DNA from: Candidatus Giovannonibacteria bacterium RIFCSPHIGHO2_12_FULL_44_22
GTDB taxonomy: Bacteria; Patescibacteriota; Minisyncoccia; UBA11713; 2-01-FULL-45-33
NCBI GenBank assembly: GCA_001778695.1
Contig: MFHU01000003.1
Span: 75,112-139,111, forward strand
Reading direction: 5' to 3'
DNA: 64,000 bases
This document shows positions 12,159-21,106 of this stretch, piece after piece. How positions within the stretch are numbered: position 1 is the stretch's first letter; the number at the start of each line of letters is the position of its first letter. The notes below the pieces were generated by a model. The model did no database searches. It saw only the letters and a program-made list of their open reading frames with translations, and was not told the origin of the DNA. The position numbers and the translations under genes are program-made.

Positions 12159-12414
12159 AGCTATAATTTCCCCAAAAACGTCTTATTGAGAACCGTTTTT
12201 TAATCTGCTCTAAATCATCAAGATACTTTAAGAACAAAATCCAAGAAGTTTGCTCAATATAATCAAGCTCTGTGGCGCACCCAGCATCGCGATGCAAAAT
12301 ATCGTCTATATTCCGAAATGCTTGCTCAAACATTTATAGTTTAGTCGCTACAAATAATGAGCTTAGAATAACATAAATTAACGCTTTGCAGAATAAAACT
12401 GTAAGGTTATTAAA

Positions 12415-12457
12415 ATAAAACAGAAGTGGCGGATTTTATCCGCCACTTCTGTTTTAT
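12415..12457 (-). terminator. Perfect 20-bp-arm hairpin terminating tRNA cluster
   Basis: ATAAAACAGAAGTGGCGGAT-TTT-ATCCGCCACTTCTGTTTTAT. Confidence 0.75.
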
Positions 12458-12540
12458 CATTTTCCAAGCCGATCGGTCTTCCGATAAAAAGTGTTTCGGG
12501 CGCGGGCGATGGGATTTGAACCCACGATCTCCTCTCATGA

Positions 12541-12660
12541 CCCCGCACCAAAAATTTCCAGCGGGCCCGAAGGGATTTGAACCCTCGATCTTCCCCGTGA
12601 CAGGGGGACGTGTTGCCAGGCTACACCACGGGCCCATATTTAATTTTGGTGCGGGGCGGG
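12541..12660. mobile_element. 120-nt insert bounded by a 13-bp perfect inverted repeat, carrying a tRNA
   Basis: CCCCGCACCAAAA (12541-12553) / TTTTGGTGCGGGG (12644-12656). Confidence 0.7.
12562..12635 (-). tRNA. tRNA-Asp(GTC), intact, nested in the insert
   Basis: GGGCCCG/CGGGCCC, TCCCC-CTGTCAC-GGGGA, GAGGG-TTCAAAT-CCCTT, G73. Confidence 0.92.
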
Positions 12661-12712
12661 CAGGGAGGCGTGTTAACCAGGCTACACCACGCCCGCATAA
12701 TTTTTTAGCCAA

Positions 12713-12784
12713 TGGCTGCAGCAGGGATCGAACCTGCGACCTAGGGCTTATGAGTCCCTCGCTCTACCACTGAGCTATGCAGCC
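12713..12784 (-). tRNA. tRNA(CAT), probably elongator Met
   Basis: GGCTGCA/TGCAGCC, GCTC-AGTGGTA-GAGC, loop CTCATAA, TTCGATC; Ile2 not excluded. Confidence 0.85.
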
Positions 12785-12855
12785 GATTATTATACAAATA
12801 TACAACAAATTAAGCAAAAATTGAAGAATAAATCAATATAAAGTATTATTAAAAA

Positions 12856-13329
12856 ATGATTCGCATTAAAAAACTTAAATCGCTCTTGGCAATTGTTGAA
12901 AATTCTGCACTGGGCGATAACTACCTCTTCCGAAATTTATATGCCGATGTTAATGGCGAAGAAAAAGATATTCTTGAAGACGGCGCTTTGTCGTGCGCGG
13001 TTTTCGCGTCGGCGGTTTTACTAAATTTGGAGCTTATTAAAAAGCCGCATGCCACGGTTTCCGGAACCGTTAAAGATATGTTTGAAAGCGGATGGCGCGA
13101 AATTGCTCAATTAGGGCCGGGGGCGGTTATTCTGTGGGAGAAAATAATATTTGAAGACGGGAAAGAACACTCCCATATTGGTTTTTATATCGGCAATGAG
13201 GAGGCGATTAGCAATTCTTTTGCTGACAAATGCCCTCGGCGGCATCATATAACTTATGGCACTAACCAAGACGGCGCGCCGAAACGCAAAATAGAAAAAA
13301 TTTATTGGCATCCGGAGCTGAATGATTAA
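12856..13329 (+). CDS. Hypothetical protein with papain-like (NlpC/P60/CHAP-like) Cys-His motifs
   Basis: LSCAVFAS ... PGAVILW ... HIGFYIG. Confidence 0.6.
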   Translation: MIRIKKLKSLLAIVENSALGDNYLFRNLYADVNGEEKDILEDGALSCAVFASAVLLNLELIKKPHATVSGTVKDMFESGWREIAQLGPGAVILWEKIIFEDGKEHSHIGFYIGNEEAISNSFADKCPRRHHITYGTNQDGAPKRKIEKIYWHPELND

Positions 13330-14473
13330 AAACATGTCTAATATAGAAATCAAATCTTCGGAGGAGGTAGAGATAATAAAAACTCTTGAGGCCCGGAGCG
13401 ACCACGAGGCAAAAAGATTATTGCGTTTTTTGAAAATGCCGGATTTATCGCGCGCTAAAGCAAGCCCGCTTTATGAATTAATAGAGCGCCTAGTTAACCT
13501 CCCGGAATTTAAATCATTTGATGTTGTAAAAATTCCGGATATTGTCCCCGCCAAAGAAAGTTTTGATTTGTTTGATTTTCCGCTTGACCATCCCACGCGG
13601 AGCAAGTCGGACACATACTATATTAACGACGAATATATTCTTCGCACTCACACTACGGTCATGTGGTATTATTATTTGCTTTCGGAGGCGATTAAAGAAA
13701 AATTAAAAGGCGAAGCGCCAATCGGGGTTTTTTCCTACGGCAAAGTTTACAGGAAAGATGAAATAGATCGCCACCATATGAATGTTTTTCACCAAGTGGA
13801 CGGATTATACCTTTGCCGAAAAAACGAAAAAATTTTTGAAAGGCGGGATTTAGAAGAAGTCCTTGTGAAAATCGCTAAAGCAATATTCGGGAAAGACATA
13901 AAGTATCGCTTTAATGATGATTTTTTTCCGTTTACTTATTCCAGCATTGAAATGGAGATTGAGAAAAAAGATAAATGGATAGAAGTTCTTGGCGCGGGCA
14001 TCGCACAGCCGTCCGTTTTGGAGAAGCTTGGCGTTGATTCTAAAATTTGGGGCGGCTGGGCTTTCGGTTTCGGTTTGGAACGGCTTGCCATAATCAGTAT
14101 GGATTTGCCGGACATACGGCTTTTATGGTCGGAAGATCCGCGGATTAAAAAACAATTGCGCTTGGGAAATAAATATATTCCGGTGAGCAAATATCCGCCG
14201 ATTACTAGAGATATATCTTTTGTCGTCGCCAACGACTTTATTCCAAATAATTATTTTGATTTGATAAGGGATTTGGGAGGCGATTTGGTTGAAGAAGTTA
14301 AGCTGATTGATAAATATGAAAATCTAGAAAAATTCGGCACGGGAAAAATAAGCTACACATACAGAATAATTTACAGAAGCAACGACAGGACTTTGGTTTC
14401 GGGCGAAATTGATAAAATCCAAAACGAAATTTACAAACAAACCGCCAAGCAATTTAACGCCGAATTAAGATGA
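13322..14473 (+). CDS. pheS: Phenylalanyl-tRNA synthetase, alpha catalytic domain fused to FDX-ACB
   Basis: HPTRSKSDTYY, LRTHTT, FHQVDG, AFGFGLERLA, then SKYPPITRDISF ... YRIIYRSNDRTL ... ELR. Confidence 0.92.
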   Translation: MIKNMSNIEIKSSEEVEIIKTLEARSDHEAKRLLRFLKMPDLSRAKASPLYELIERLVNLPEFKSFDVVKIPDIVPAKESFDLFDFPLDHPTRSKSDTYYINDEYILRTHTTVMWYYYLLSEAIKEKLKGEAPIGVFSYGKVYRKDEIDRHHMNVFHQVDGLYLCRKNEKIFERRDLEEVLVKIAKAIFGKDIKYRFNDDFFPFTYSSIEMEIEKKDKWIEVLGAGIAQPSVLEKLGVDSKIWGGWAFGFGLERLAIISMDLPDIRLLWSEDPRIKKQLRLGNKYIPVSKYPPITRDISFVVANDFIPNNYFDLIRDLGGDLVEEVKLIDKYENLEKFGTGKISYTYRIIYRSNDRTLVSGEIDKIQNEIYKQTAKQFNAELR

Positions 14474-15198
14474 AATCATTTTTACATTTGTTTTATAAAA
14501 TCCGCGGGAAATTTTTAGAAAATTCAGCTAAAAATAAACTTTCTAAATTAAAAAACAGCGAATATAGATTGCCGTATCAAATTCCTTATGTTTCGCAGTA
14601 CGCTTCTAAAGAATTAGCGGAGAGTTATGTTAAAAACGCCGAACTTTTGGCAAGTGACCCAAGGTGGCGCGATTTTGGCGCGGAAACGCCAGAAGAATAC
14701 GCTTTTTGGTCTAGGAGAATTTGCGGAATGGCCTGTTTTCAAATGATTTTATTATCACTTAGACGTCCGACGTCTAAGTTGATGGAATTAGGGAAAAAAG
14801 CGATGACCGCCGGATGCTATTTATTGGATCCCAAAAATCCAAAACGGCTCGTCGGGCTTTTGCATAAACCGTTTTTGAAATTTATTGATAAGTTTGGGCT
14901 TGCCGGGAAACTAATGTGGTATATCGGACCAGCGGTTATCGCCTATGAGATTTTAAATAAAAATTTTGTGATTGCTTCTGTAAGCCACGAAATACGCTTT
15001 AGAGATGCGCGTCCAGAAGATAAAACCGGGCACTTGGTTTTAGTTCATGGGTTTAAAATGAATGGAGGCATAATCGCTGGATTTTATATTCATAATCCTT
15101 CTGGTTTTTACGGCATCTCGCAAGAAAATCATTTTGTCCCGGCTGATGATTTTTTAAATTGCTTCTCGGGCAGGATTATTGTTTTGAAGTTAAAGTAA
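14470..15198 (+). CDS. C39-like cysteine peptidase family protein
   Basis: IPYVSQ, ICGMACFQM, GHLVLVHG, IHNPSG. Confidence 0.7.
   Translation: MKSFLHLFYKIRGKFLENSAKNKLSKLKNSEYRLPYQIPYVSQYASKELAESYVKNAELLASDPRWRDFGAETPEEYAFWSRRICGMACFQMILLSLRRPTSKLMELGKKAMTAGCYLLDPKNPKRLVGLLHKPFLKFIDKFGLAGKLMWYIGPAVIAYEILNKNFVIASVSHEIRFRDARPEDKTGHLVLVHGFKMNGGIIAGFYIHNPSGFYGISQENHFVPADDFLNCFSGRIIVLKLK
14757..14779. repeat. 23-bp palindrome in CDS, encodes LRRPTSK
   Basis: ACTTAGACGTC-C-GACGTCTAAGT; 28 bp identical to 28894-28921. Confidence 0.9.
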
Positions 15199-15357
15199 AT
15201 TTGCAACTTGCTTGCTATAGCGTGATTATTGCAAATTCTAAAGAGTGCAAATTAACCAGCGATAGCTGATTAACTTGTAGTTTGGAAAGGTGTGAAAAAA
15301 AATAAAAAAAGCGTGGGGAGCGTTTGCTCAGCCACGCGCGTTTTGAGGCTCGCAAAA

Positions 15358-15693
15358 TCACAAGAATTTCATAAAGGTTAGAAGATGGGAATGCTCATTT
15401 TCGTTTATTTTCAAAATGCGGCAAAGATGACGGCGAAATGGATTTTCTTGGCAATTCATTTTCAAGACTAGTTCCACATTTTGCACCAAACGATTAATTT
15501 CAAAAAAACGCTCAATTTCCGGCGATAGCGACAAAGGATTTAAATAAGCCTCTGTCCATTCTCCCTTTCCATAACAACCACATATCCAGTCAGCAATGAT
15601 TTTAACCTCTTCTGGCGTAACTTTCCATAAATCTGGAGAAATTTCTATGTTTTTCATAATCGCACCCCCATCTTTCTTTATCATATACTTCAT
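15358..15693 (-). CDS. Hypothetical protein
   Basis: 111-aa ORF in intergenic gap, terminator-like hairpin downstream; ExxH near C-terminus. Confidence 0.45.
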   Translation of the reverse strand: MKYMIKKDGGAIMKNIEISPDLWKVTPEEVKIIADWICGCYGKGEWTEAYLNPLSLSPEIERFFEINRLVQNVELVLKMNCQENPFRRHLCRILKINENEHSHLLTFMKFL

Positions 15694-15767
15694 ATTTTTT
15701 TCATCAATATCTGGTTGTTGATAGGTTATTTTTATGCTATTATTAAGCTATAAATTAGATATTCATT

Positions 15768-17771
15768 ATGCCCAAAAAAACCAAGAAAATAGCGCCCAAA
15801 AATGAGGGGGGGAAAGGGGGGTCGTACACCGCAAAGGATATTTTTGTATTAGAGGGTTTAGAGCCGGTCAGGAAGCGCCCGGGAATGTATATCGGGTCAA
15901 CCGGCGCGGAGGGACTACATCATTTGATTTGGGAAGTAGTGGATAACTCCATAGACGAAGCGATGGCGGGGTACGCCAAAAATATAATTGTGACTCTTTT
16001 GCCGAATCACCGCGTGCGCGTGACGGACGACGGCCGGGGAATTCCGATTGAAGTCCACAAGCAGACAAAAAAATCTGCTTTAGAAACCGTGATGACCATG
16101 CTTCACGCCGGAGCCAAATTCGGCGGAGAGGGTTATAAAGTTTCGGGAGGGCTCCATGGTGTTGGTGTTTCGGTGGTCAACGCTTTATCCAGCTGGATGC
16201 GCGCGGAAGTTTGCCGACCTGCCCGTAATGCTACGCATAGCGTTGCAGGCGGGGAGGGCGAGCACTGGGCGCAGGAATATCAAAGAGGCAAACCAAAAAC
16301 TAAGGTGCAGAAAGTCGGCAAATGCCGAAAGCTGGGGACTTCCATAACATTTGAACCGGATCCGGAAATTTTCGCGGACAGCAAAACCGGAAACATTCCT
16401 GAATTTGATTGGAAAAAAATTCTTGAGAGATTGCGCCAACAGGCGTATTTGACGAAGGGCATAAAAATTTCCATATCCGACGAAAGAGAAAAAAACGAGG
16501 CGGAACAAAATTCTTATTCTTTTTATTTTGAAGGCGGGGTGGCTTCCTACGTGAAATATTTAAACGAGGGGTTTACTCCGAAGCACGACACGATTTTTTA
16601 CACTCAAAAAGAATCCGAGGAAATCTTGGTTGAAATCGCTTTGCAATATGTTGACGATTTGCAGACGAGGGAGTTGGCTTTCGCCAATAATATTTTAAAC
16701 CCCGAAGGCGGTATGCATTCCACGGGTTTTCGGACGGCGCTCACAAGGTCGCTCAATTCTTACGCCAGAAAAAATAGTTATCTAAAAGAATCTGAAGAAA
16801 ATCTAACTGGAGAAGACGCGCGGGAAGGGCTCACTTCAATAATTTCCATAAAACTTAAAAATCCGCAGTTTGAAGGGCAGACCAAGGCCAAACTGGGCAA
16901 CCCCGAGGCACGTACGGCGGTGGACGATGTTTTCGCAAAATCTTTTGACGCTTTTTTGGAAGAGCGCCCGCAGGATGCCCGCGCTATTTTGGAAAAAGTA
17001 ATTTTAGCGTTAAAAGCCAGAAAGGCAGCCAAGGCGGCCAAGGATACTATTTTAAGAAAGGGCGCTTTGGACGGCCTGGCGCTTCCGGGAAAGCTGGCGG
17101 ACTGCCAGAGCAAGAATCCCGCCGAGTCGGAAATTTTTATCGTGGAAGGCGATTCGGCCGGAGGCTCGGCTAAGCAGGCGCGCGACAGGAGATTTCAGGC
17201 GATACTTCCTTTGCGTGGAAAAATTTTGAACGTGGAAAAAGCCCGCTTGGACAGAATGCTGACTTCAGACCAAATAAAAACCTTGGTCATCGCGTTGGGA
17301 GCGGCGATTGCGGAAAGTTTTGACCTTTCAAAATTAAGATACCACCGCATCGTGATTATGACCGATGCCGACGTTGACGGCGCGCACATCCGCACGCTTT
17401 TGCTCACGCTTTTTTACAGATATTATTTGCCATTGATTCAAAAGGGATATATTTATATAGCCCAGCCACCGCTTTATAAAATTCAAAAAGGGAAAGAAAT
17501 CAAATACGTTTATTCAGAAGAAGAAAAAAATAAAACAGTAAAATATTTTGATAATCCCAATATTCAGCGCTACAAAGGCCTGGGAGAAATGAACGCCGAC
17601 GAATTGGGCGAGACAACAATGGACCCGGCCAAGCGCGTTTTGAGGCAGGTGACGATTGACGACGCCAAAGGCGCAGATCATATTTTTGATGTTTTGATGG
17701 GCGACGACGTCGCCCCCCGCAAACTTTTTATCCAAACCCACGCCAAGGCGGTAAAGAATTTGGATATATAA
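15768..17771 (+). CDS. gyrB: DNA gyrase subunit B
   Basis: EVVDNSIDE, DDGRGIP, GGLHGVG, EGDSAGG, PLRGKILN, DADVDG, RYKGLGEM. Confidence 0.97.
   Translation: MPKKTKKIAPKNEGGKGGSYTAKDIFVLEGLEPVRKRPGMYIGSTGAEGLHHLIWEVVDNSIDEAMAGYAKNIIVTLLPNHRVRVTDDGRGIPIEVHKQTKKSALETVMTMLHAGAKFGGEGYKVSGGLHGVGVSVVNALSSWMRAEVCRPARNATHSVAGGEGEHWAQEYQRGKPKTKVQKVGKCRKLGTSITFEPDPEIFADSKTGNIPEFDWKKILERLRQQAYLTKGIKISISDEREKNEAEQNSYSFYFEGGVASYVKYLNEGFTPKHDTIFYTQKESEEILVEIALQYVDDLQTRELAFANNILNPEGGMHSTGFRTALTRSLNSYARKNSYLKESEENLTGEDAREGLTSIISIKLKNPQFEGQTKAKLGNPEARTAVDDVFAKSFDAFLEERPQDARAILEKVILALKARKAAKAAKDTILRKGALDGLALPGKLADCQSKNPAESEIFIVEGDSAGGSAKQARDRRFQAILPLRGKILNVEKARLDRMLTSDQIKTLVIALGAAIAESFDLSKLRYHRIVIMTDADVDGAHIRTLLLTLFYRYYLPLIQKGYIYIAQPPLYKIQKGKEIKYVYSEEEKNKTVKYFDNPNIQRYKGLGEMNADELGETTMDPAKRVLRQVTIDDAKGADHIFDVLMGDDVAPRKLFIQTHAKAVKNLDI
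16218..16253. repeat. 36-bp hairpin inside gyrB, encodes PARNATHSVAGG
   Basis: CCTGCCCGTAATGCTA-CGCA-TAGCGTTGCAGGCGGG. Confidence 0.88.
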
Positions 17772-17866
17772 AGCTTGATTTTTATTAGCCATACATGTTA
17801 GAATGGTCATAGAGACGAGGGCAACCTAATATTGGGGCCAAAATATAGTATGAAAGGAGGTGTTAG

Positions 17867-18085
17867 ATGAATATCAAGGGAATTTCTATTACATACGACC
17901 CAGTTAAGGAACCCATCAAAAGATTCACGGTTAAATGGGACTTGGAAGGCGAACATCCGCCATCTGTTGAGAAGCTTGTTGAATTTGTTTTGGGCGCCAG
18001 AAAGTTTATTGCAAAAGCGATCTGGTGGCTCTTCCTTGTTTTTGTCGGCTTCGGCAGATCGGAGTTTGACCGCAACAAGGTTTAA
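17867..18085 (+). CDS. Hypothetical small protein
   Basis: RBS AAAGGAGGTG, 72 aa. Confidence 0.55.
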   Translation: MNIKGISITYDPVKEPIKRFTVKWDLEGEHPPSVEKLVEFVLGARKFIAKAIWWLFLVFVGFGRSEFDRNKV

Positions 18086-18104
18086 AGGGGAGGAGTGCAA
18101 CAAG

Positions 18105-18395
18105 ATGAAAAAGAAACAACAAGTTCCGGCACCTGTCGTAACGACATCCGTAACAATGGAGTGCCGTTCAACGATAGCGGTGTTTACTGTCCAGGGTGCT
18201 TCCGATAACGATCTTTACCAAGCCAAGCAGAAGCTGGTAGCTCGGGGCATCCAATGCGACATAGTAAATCTCGGTGATGGAAAGCTGGCGCTCTCTGTTC
18301 CTATAAAGACGGTGAAGGAGCGTGGAGGCGATTTTCTGGAGGAGGTGCAGTCCTTCCTGCGAGGTTTTTCAAGGACGGTGTCGAGTCCCGCTTAA
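18105..18395 (+). CDS. Hypothetical protein
   Basis: RBS GGAGGAG, probable start ATG 18105, terminator at about 18422-18457. Confidence 0.55.
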   Translation: MKKKQQVPAPVVTTSVTMECRSTIAVFTVQGASDNDLYQAKQKLVARGIQCDIVNLGDGKLALSVPIKTVKERGGDFLEEVQSFLRGFSRTVSSPA

Positions 18396-18542
18396 CCGCG
18401 CGTTAGTCTGATGGGTTTTCAAAGGCCAACTTCCAAATAATGGAGGTTGGCCTCTTTACTTTTCTTTTTGCGTTTGCTATCCTTAAATCAGGCCCTCAGG
18501 GGCTTTTAAAAAACATTAAAAAATATAAATCAACGAATTATT

Positions 18543-18725
18543 ATGTTTACAAAGTTAGCAAATTATTTTAAAGAAACCAGGTTGGAGATGAGAAAAGTGA
18601 ATTGGCCTACCAGAGCCGAAACTTTGCGCTATACAGTAACTGTAATTTTGGTGTCTTTGGGCGTGGCGGCGGTTTTGGGCTTCTTTGATTTTATTTTTAC
18701 CAGCATCCTTCAGTCTTTTATTTAA
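18543..18725 (+). CDS. secE: Preprotein translocase SecE
   Basis: EMRKVNWPT motif plus TM; upstream of nusG. Confidence 0.95.
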   Translation: MFTKLANYFKETRLEMRKVNWPTRAETLRYTVTVILVSLGVAAVLGFFDFIFTSILQSFI

Positions 18726-18808
18726 ATAATAAATTTTATATTTGGTCGAATTTTATGATATTTAGTTTACAAAAGCATTATAACTAATCGATTTTTCTAC
18801 TACCTGGT

Positions 18809-19354
18809 ATGGCGAAACAAACATCTGAATTCGGAAAAAATTGGTACGCTGTGCACACTTACTCCGGCTATGAGGACGCGGTGGCCAGAAATTTACGCCA
18901 ACGCATTGAATCTTTAGGAATGGAAAATCAGATTTTTCAAGTTGTGGTGCCAAAGGAAAAAAAGATAAAAATAAAAGGCGGCAAGCGGCGCGTGGTTGAG
19001 GAAGAAATTTATCCGGGTTATGTTTTGGTGGAGATGGTGGTGACGGACGCTTCGTGGTATGTTGTCAGAAACACTCCGCGGGTTACGGGCTTTGTGGGCT
19101 CAGGCACCACGCCTGTGCCTTTAGCCAAGGAAGAAATTGATTCGCTATTTTCGCGAATGGGCAAAGACGAACCGGTCCATAAAATTGATATTTCTGTGGG
19201 CGATCCGGTGCGCATAATTGACGGGCCATTCAAAGATTTTGAAGGCAAGGTGCACGAAATTGACGAAGCCAGGGGTAAAGCGAAAGTTTTTGTTTTAATG
19301 TTCGGCCGGGAAACTCCGGTGGAGCTGGATTTTTTACAAGTTAAAAAGTTATAA
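18809..19354 (+). CDS. nusG: Transcription factor NusG
   Basis: WYAVHTYSGYE, YPGYVLVEM, KOW, FGRETPVEL. Confidence 0.97.
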   Translation: MAKQTSEFGKNWYAVHTYSGYEDAVARNLRQRIESLGMENQIFQVVVPKEKKIKIKGGKRRVVEEEIYPGYVLVEMVVTDASWYVVRNTPRVTGFVGSGTTPVPLAKEEIDSLFSRMGKDEPVHKIDISVGDPVRIIDGPFKDFEGKVHEIDEARGKAKVFVLMFGRETPVELDFLQVKKL

Positions 19355-19363
19355 AATATTTAT

Positions 19364-19789
19364 ATGGCCAAGGCTATAAAGACAATATTAAAATTACAGA
19401 TACCGGCGGGAAAAGCCACGCCGGCGCCTCCGATCGGCCCGGCTTTGGGCCAGCACGGAATCAACATCGGAGAATTCGTAAATAAATTCAATGCCGCCAC
19501 CGCCCAGATGGGAGACGATATAATTCCGGCGGAAATTACAATCTACCAGGACCGGACTTTTGATTTTAAATTAAAAACCCCGCCGGCTTCGGATCTTTTG
19601 CGAAAAGCCGCCGGAGTTGAAAAAGGCGCGGCCAATCCTTTGGCCGGAAAAGTTGGCAAAATCTCGCGTGCCAAAATCCACGAAATCGCCGAACGAAAAA
19701 TGGAGGATTTAAACGCCAATGATATTGAAGCGGCCTCAAAAATTATTGAAGGAACCGCCCGCTCAATGGGGATTGAGGTTGCGGATTAA
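19364..19789 (+). CDS. rplK: 50S ribosomal protein L11
   Basis: [25 protein letters not shown]. Confidence 0.98.
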   Translation: MAKAIKTILKLQIPAGKATPAPPIGPALGQHGINIGEFVNKFNAATAQMGDDIIPAEITIYQDRTFDFKLKTPPASDLLRKAAGVEKGAANPLAGKVGKISRAKIHEIAERKMEDLNANDIEAASKIIEGTARSMGIEVAD

Positions 19790-19816
19790 ACTTGCGCGGT
19801 TTTGTTCTAAAAATAA

Positions 19817-19843
19817 AAGGCCAACTCACGGGTTGGCTTTTTT
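19817..19843. terminator. Probable bidirectional terminator between rplK and dcd
   Basis: AAAGGCCAAC-TCACGG-GTTGGCTTTTTT. Confidence 0.65.
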
Positions 19844-19855
19844 GAAACATGATTG

Positions 19856-20545
19856 CTATCGCTGGCCGGAATAGCGCGCCCCCTTTTTCATGATGTATGG
19901 GACTTGGGCGGGCGAAGACAATTGCCGGAATGAAGCAGCGGCGAAAGGCAGGCCAGGGTAGATATTAAAGTTTTTTTGAGAAATATTGATTACCTCCAAT
20001 ACTGCGTGACCAACCCAACCGGCATGGAAAATCGGAGAAGAAACATGGGACGTCATGCCATCGCGAGCTAAGCGACTTTTGCCATTCAGTTCCATTTGTA
20101 TGTCGTAAGGGACACATATGATTTCAAGCGTGTGCGCAAGTGCTAACATTCCTGGTTGCAGCTCCACTGTTTCGTCGTGATCAATGGTGAATTTTATCCG
20201 ATGTTCGTCTTCAATGGAGACCTTTCTGGTTTTTTCCAAAAGATTTATATTGTTATTGCGGTAATCTCTTGTCAATCTCCGGATCACCCGTCTTCCATCA
20301 ATTTTCACAACTTCCAGGATGGTATCCGCGATTTCTATCTCGGTACCAAACCGGAGATCAATAGTATCGGCATCAAGGGCGCTCGTAGGGGGTAGAGGAT
20401 CAATGATGATTTTTCCTTTTTTTAAAGCCAGCTCTAATTTTCTAGGAATCTTTCCTCGCGCCACTTCTTCCAAAAAATAAGGCTTGAGCCCTACCCTTTC
20501 CAAGGTGGTAAGTCGTTTTTTAAAATCGCGATCTGACAGAATCAT
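19856..20545 (-). CDS. dcd: dCTP deaminase family protein
   Basis: MILSDRD, IDLR, GKSRLARDG, AGWVGHAVLE, YSGQ. Confidence 0.8.
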   Translation of the reverse strand: MILSDRDFKKRLTTLERVGLKPYFLEEVARGKIPRKLELALKKGKIIIDPLPPTSALDADTIDLRFGTEIEIADTILEVVKIDGRRVIRRLTRDYRNNNINLLEKTRKVSIEDEHRIKFTIDHDETVELQPGMLALAHTLEIICVPYDIQMELNGKSRLARDGMTSHVSSPIFHAGWVGHAVLEVINISQKNFNIYPGLPFAAASFRQLSSPAQVPYIMKKGARYSGQR

Positions 20546-20692
20546 AAGCTTGCTCCTTTCGTTTTTTATTCACAAACTTTCTGGGCTGATAATAGCAAGG
20601 CATTTTAATAATGTCAAAAATGTCAAATAGATTTAAAATTTGATTTTTAAAGGCGGATATGCTTTCTTAATATTTAGAAGGGAGATAGAAAT

Positions 20693-21085
20693 ATGGAAGC
20701 ACTTTTACATGACTCAGCATTAGCGTTGGTCAAAATAAACACCTATGACTCCATCTTCGTCAGCGAACTTTTTGGTTTTAATGTGGATGGAGCTCCTGGA
20801 GAGGTTTGTTACTGCGGAATATGCCAAGGTGGCATGAAGCGATTTACTGGTAATGGCACTTCAGTGATTTACTGCAAAAGATGTGGTTTGCGCGTGAATT
20901 TGCCAAGCGACGTTATGTCTCTGGATGATTTGATTGAATATCTTTCTTTTGAGAATTTGGAAGAAGATATAGTGCGGCGCGGCATTTGTCCGAGATGTTT
21001 CGGAACGAAGAAAATCCAAGTGATCGGCGAAAGCCACGGGTTAAAAATTCCAGAAATTTTTAACTGTTCAAAGTGTCAAGAATAA
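20693..21085 (+). CDS. Hypothetical multi-Cys (zinc-ribbon) protein
   Basis: CGIC, CKRC, CPRC, CSKC pairs; RBS AAGGGAG. Confidence 0.6.
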   Translation: MEALLHDSALALVKINTYDSIFVSELFGFNVDGAPGEVCYCGICQGGMKRFTGNGTSVIYCKRCGLRVNLPSDVMSLDDLIEYLSFENLEEDIVRRGICPRCFGTKKIQVIGESHGLKIPEIFNCSKCQE

Positions 21086-21106
21086 AAAAGAAAGGAGAAT
21101 CGCTAT

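Larger units (their letters stand above)
12501..12696 (-). tRNA. Interrupted Asp-like tRNA (5' half 12661-12696, 3' half 12501-12540, 120-nt insert)
   Basis: Acceptor GCGGGCG/CGCCCGC + G73, D-arm GTGT..ACAC, T-arm GTGGG-TTCAAAT-CCCAT; halves join as CCTCC-CTG|TCATG-AGAGG. Confidence 0.75.

Noticed and set aside
12230-12345. Short open frame and GCATCGCGATGC palindrome between Fic and tRNAs
   Set aside because: No start or RBS, no recognisable motif; cannot be supported as gene or element
12541-12660. Group I/II intron or canonical bulge-helix-bulge intron
   Set aside because: Too short and mostly filled by a tRNA; no catalytic core and no clean BHB could be drawn by eye
12501-12696. Prophage or integrative element att site in tRNA
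   Set aside because: No integrase; the two tRNA 3' ends differ in sequence rather than forming an identical att duplication
12410-12773. ORFs 12410-12712(-) and 12426-12773(+)
   Set aside because: They overlap tRNA genes; shadow ORFs of GC-rich structured RNA
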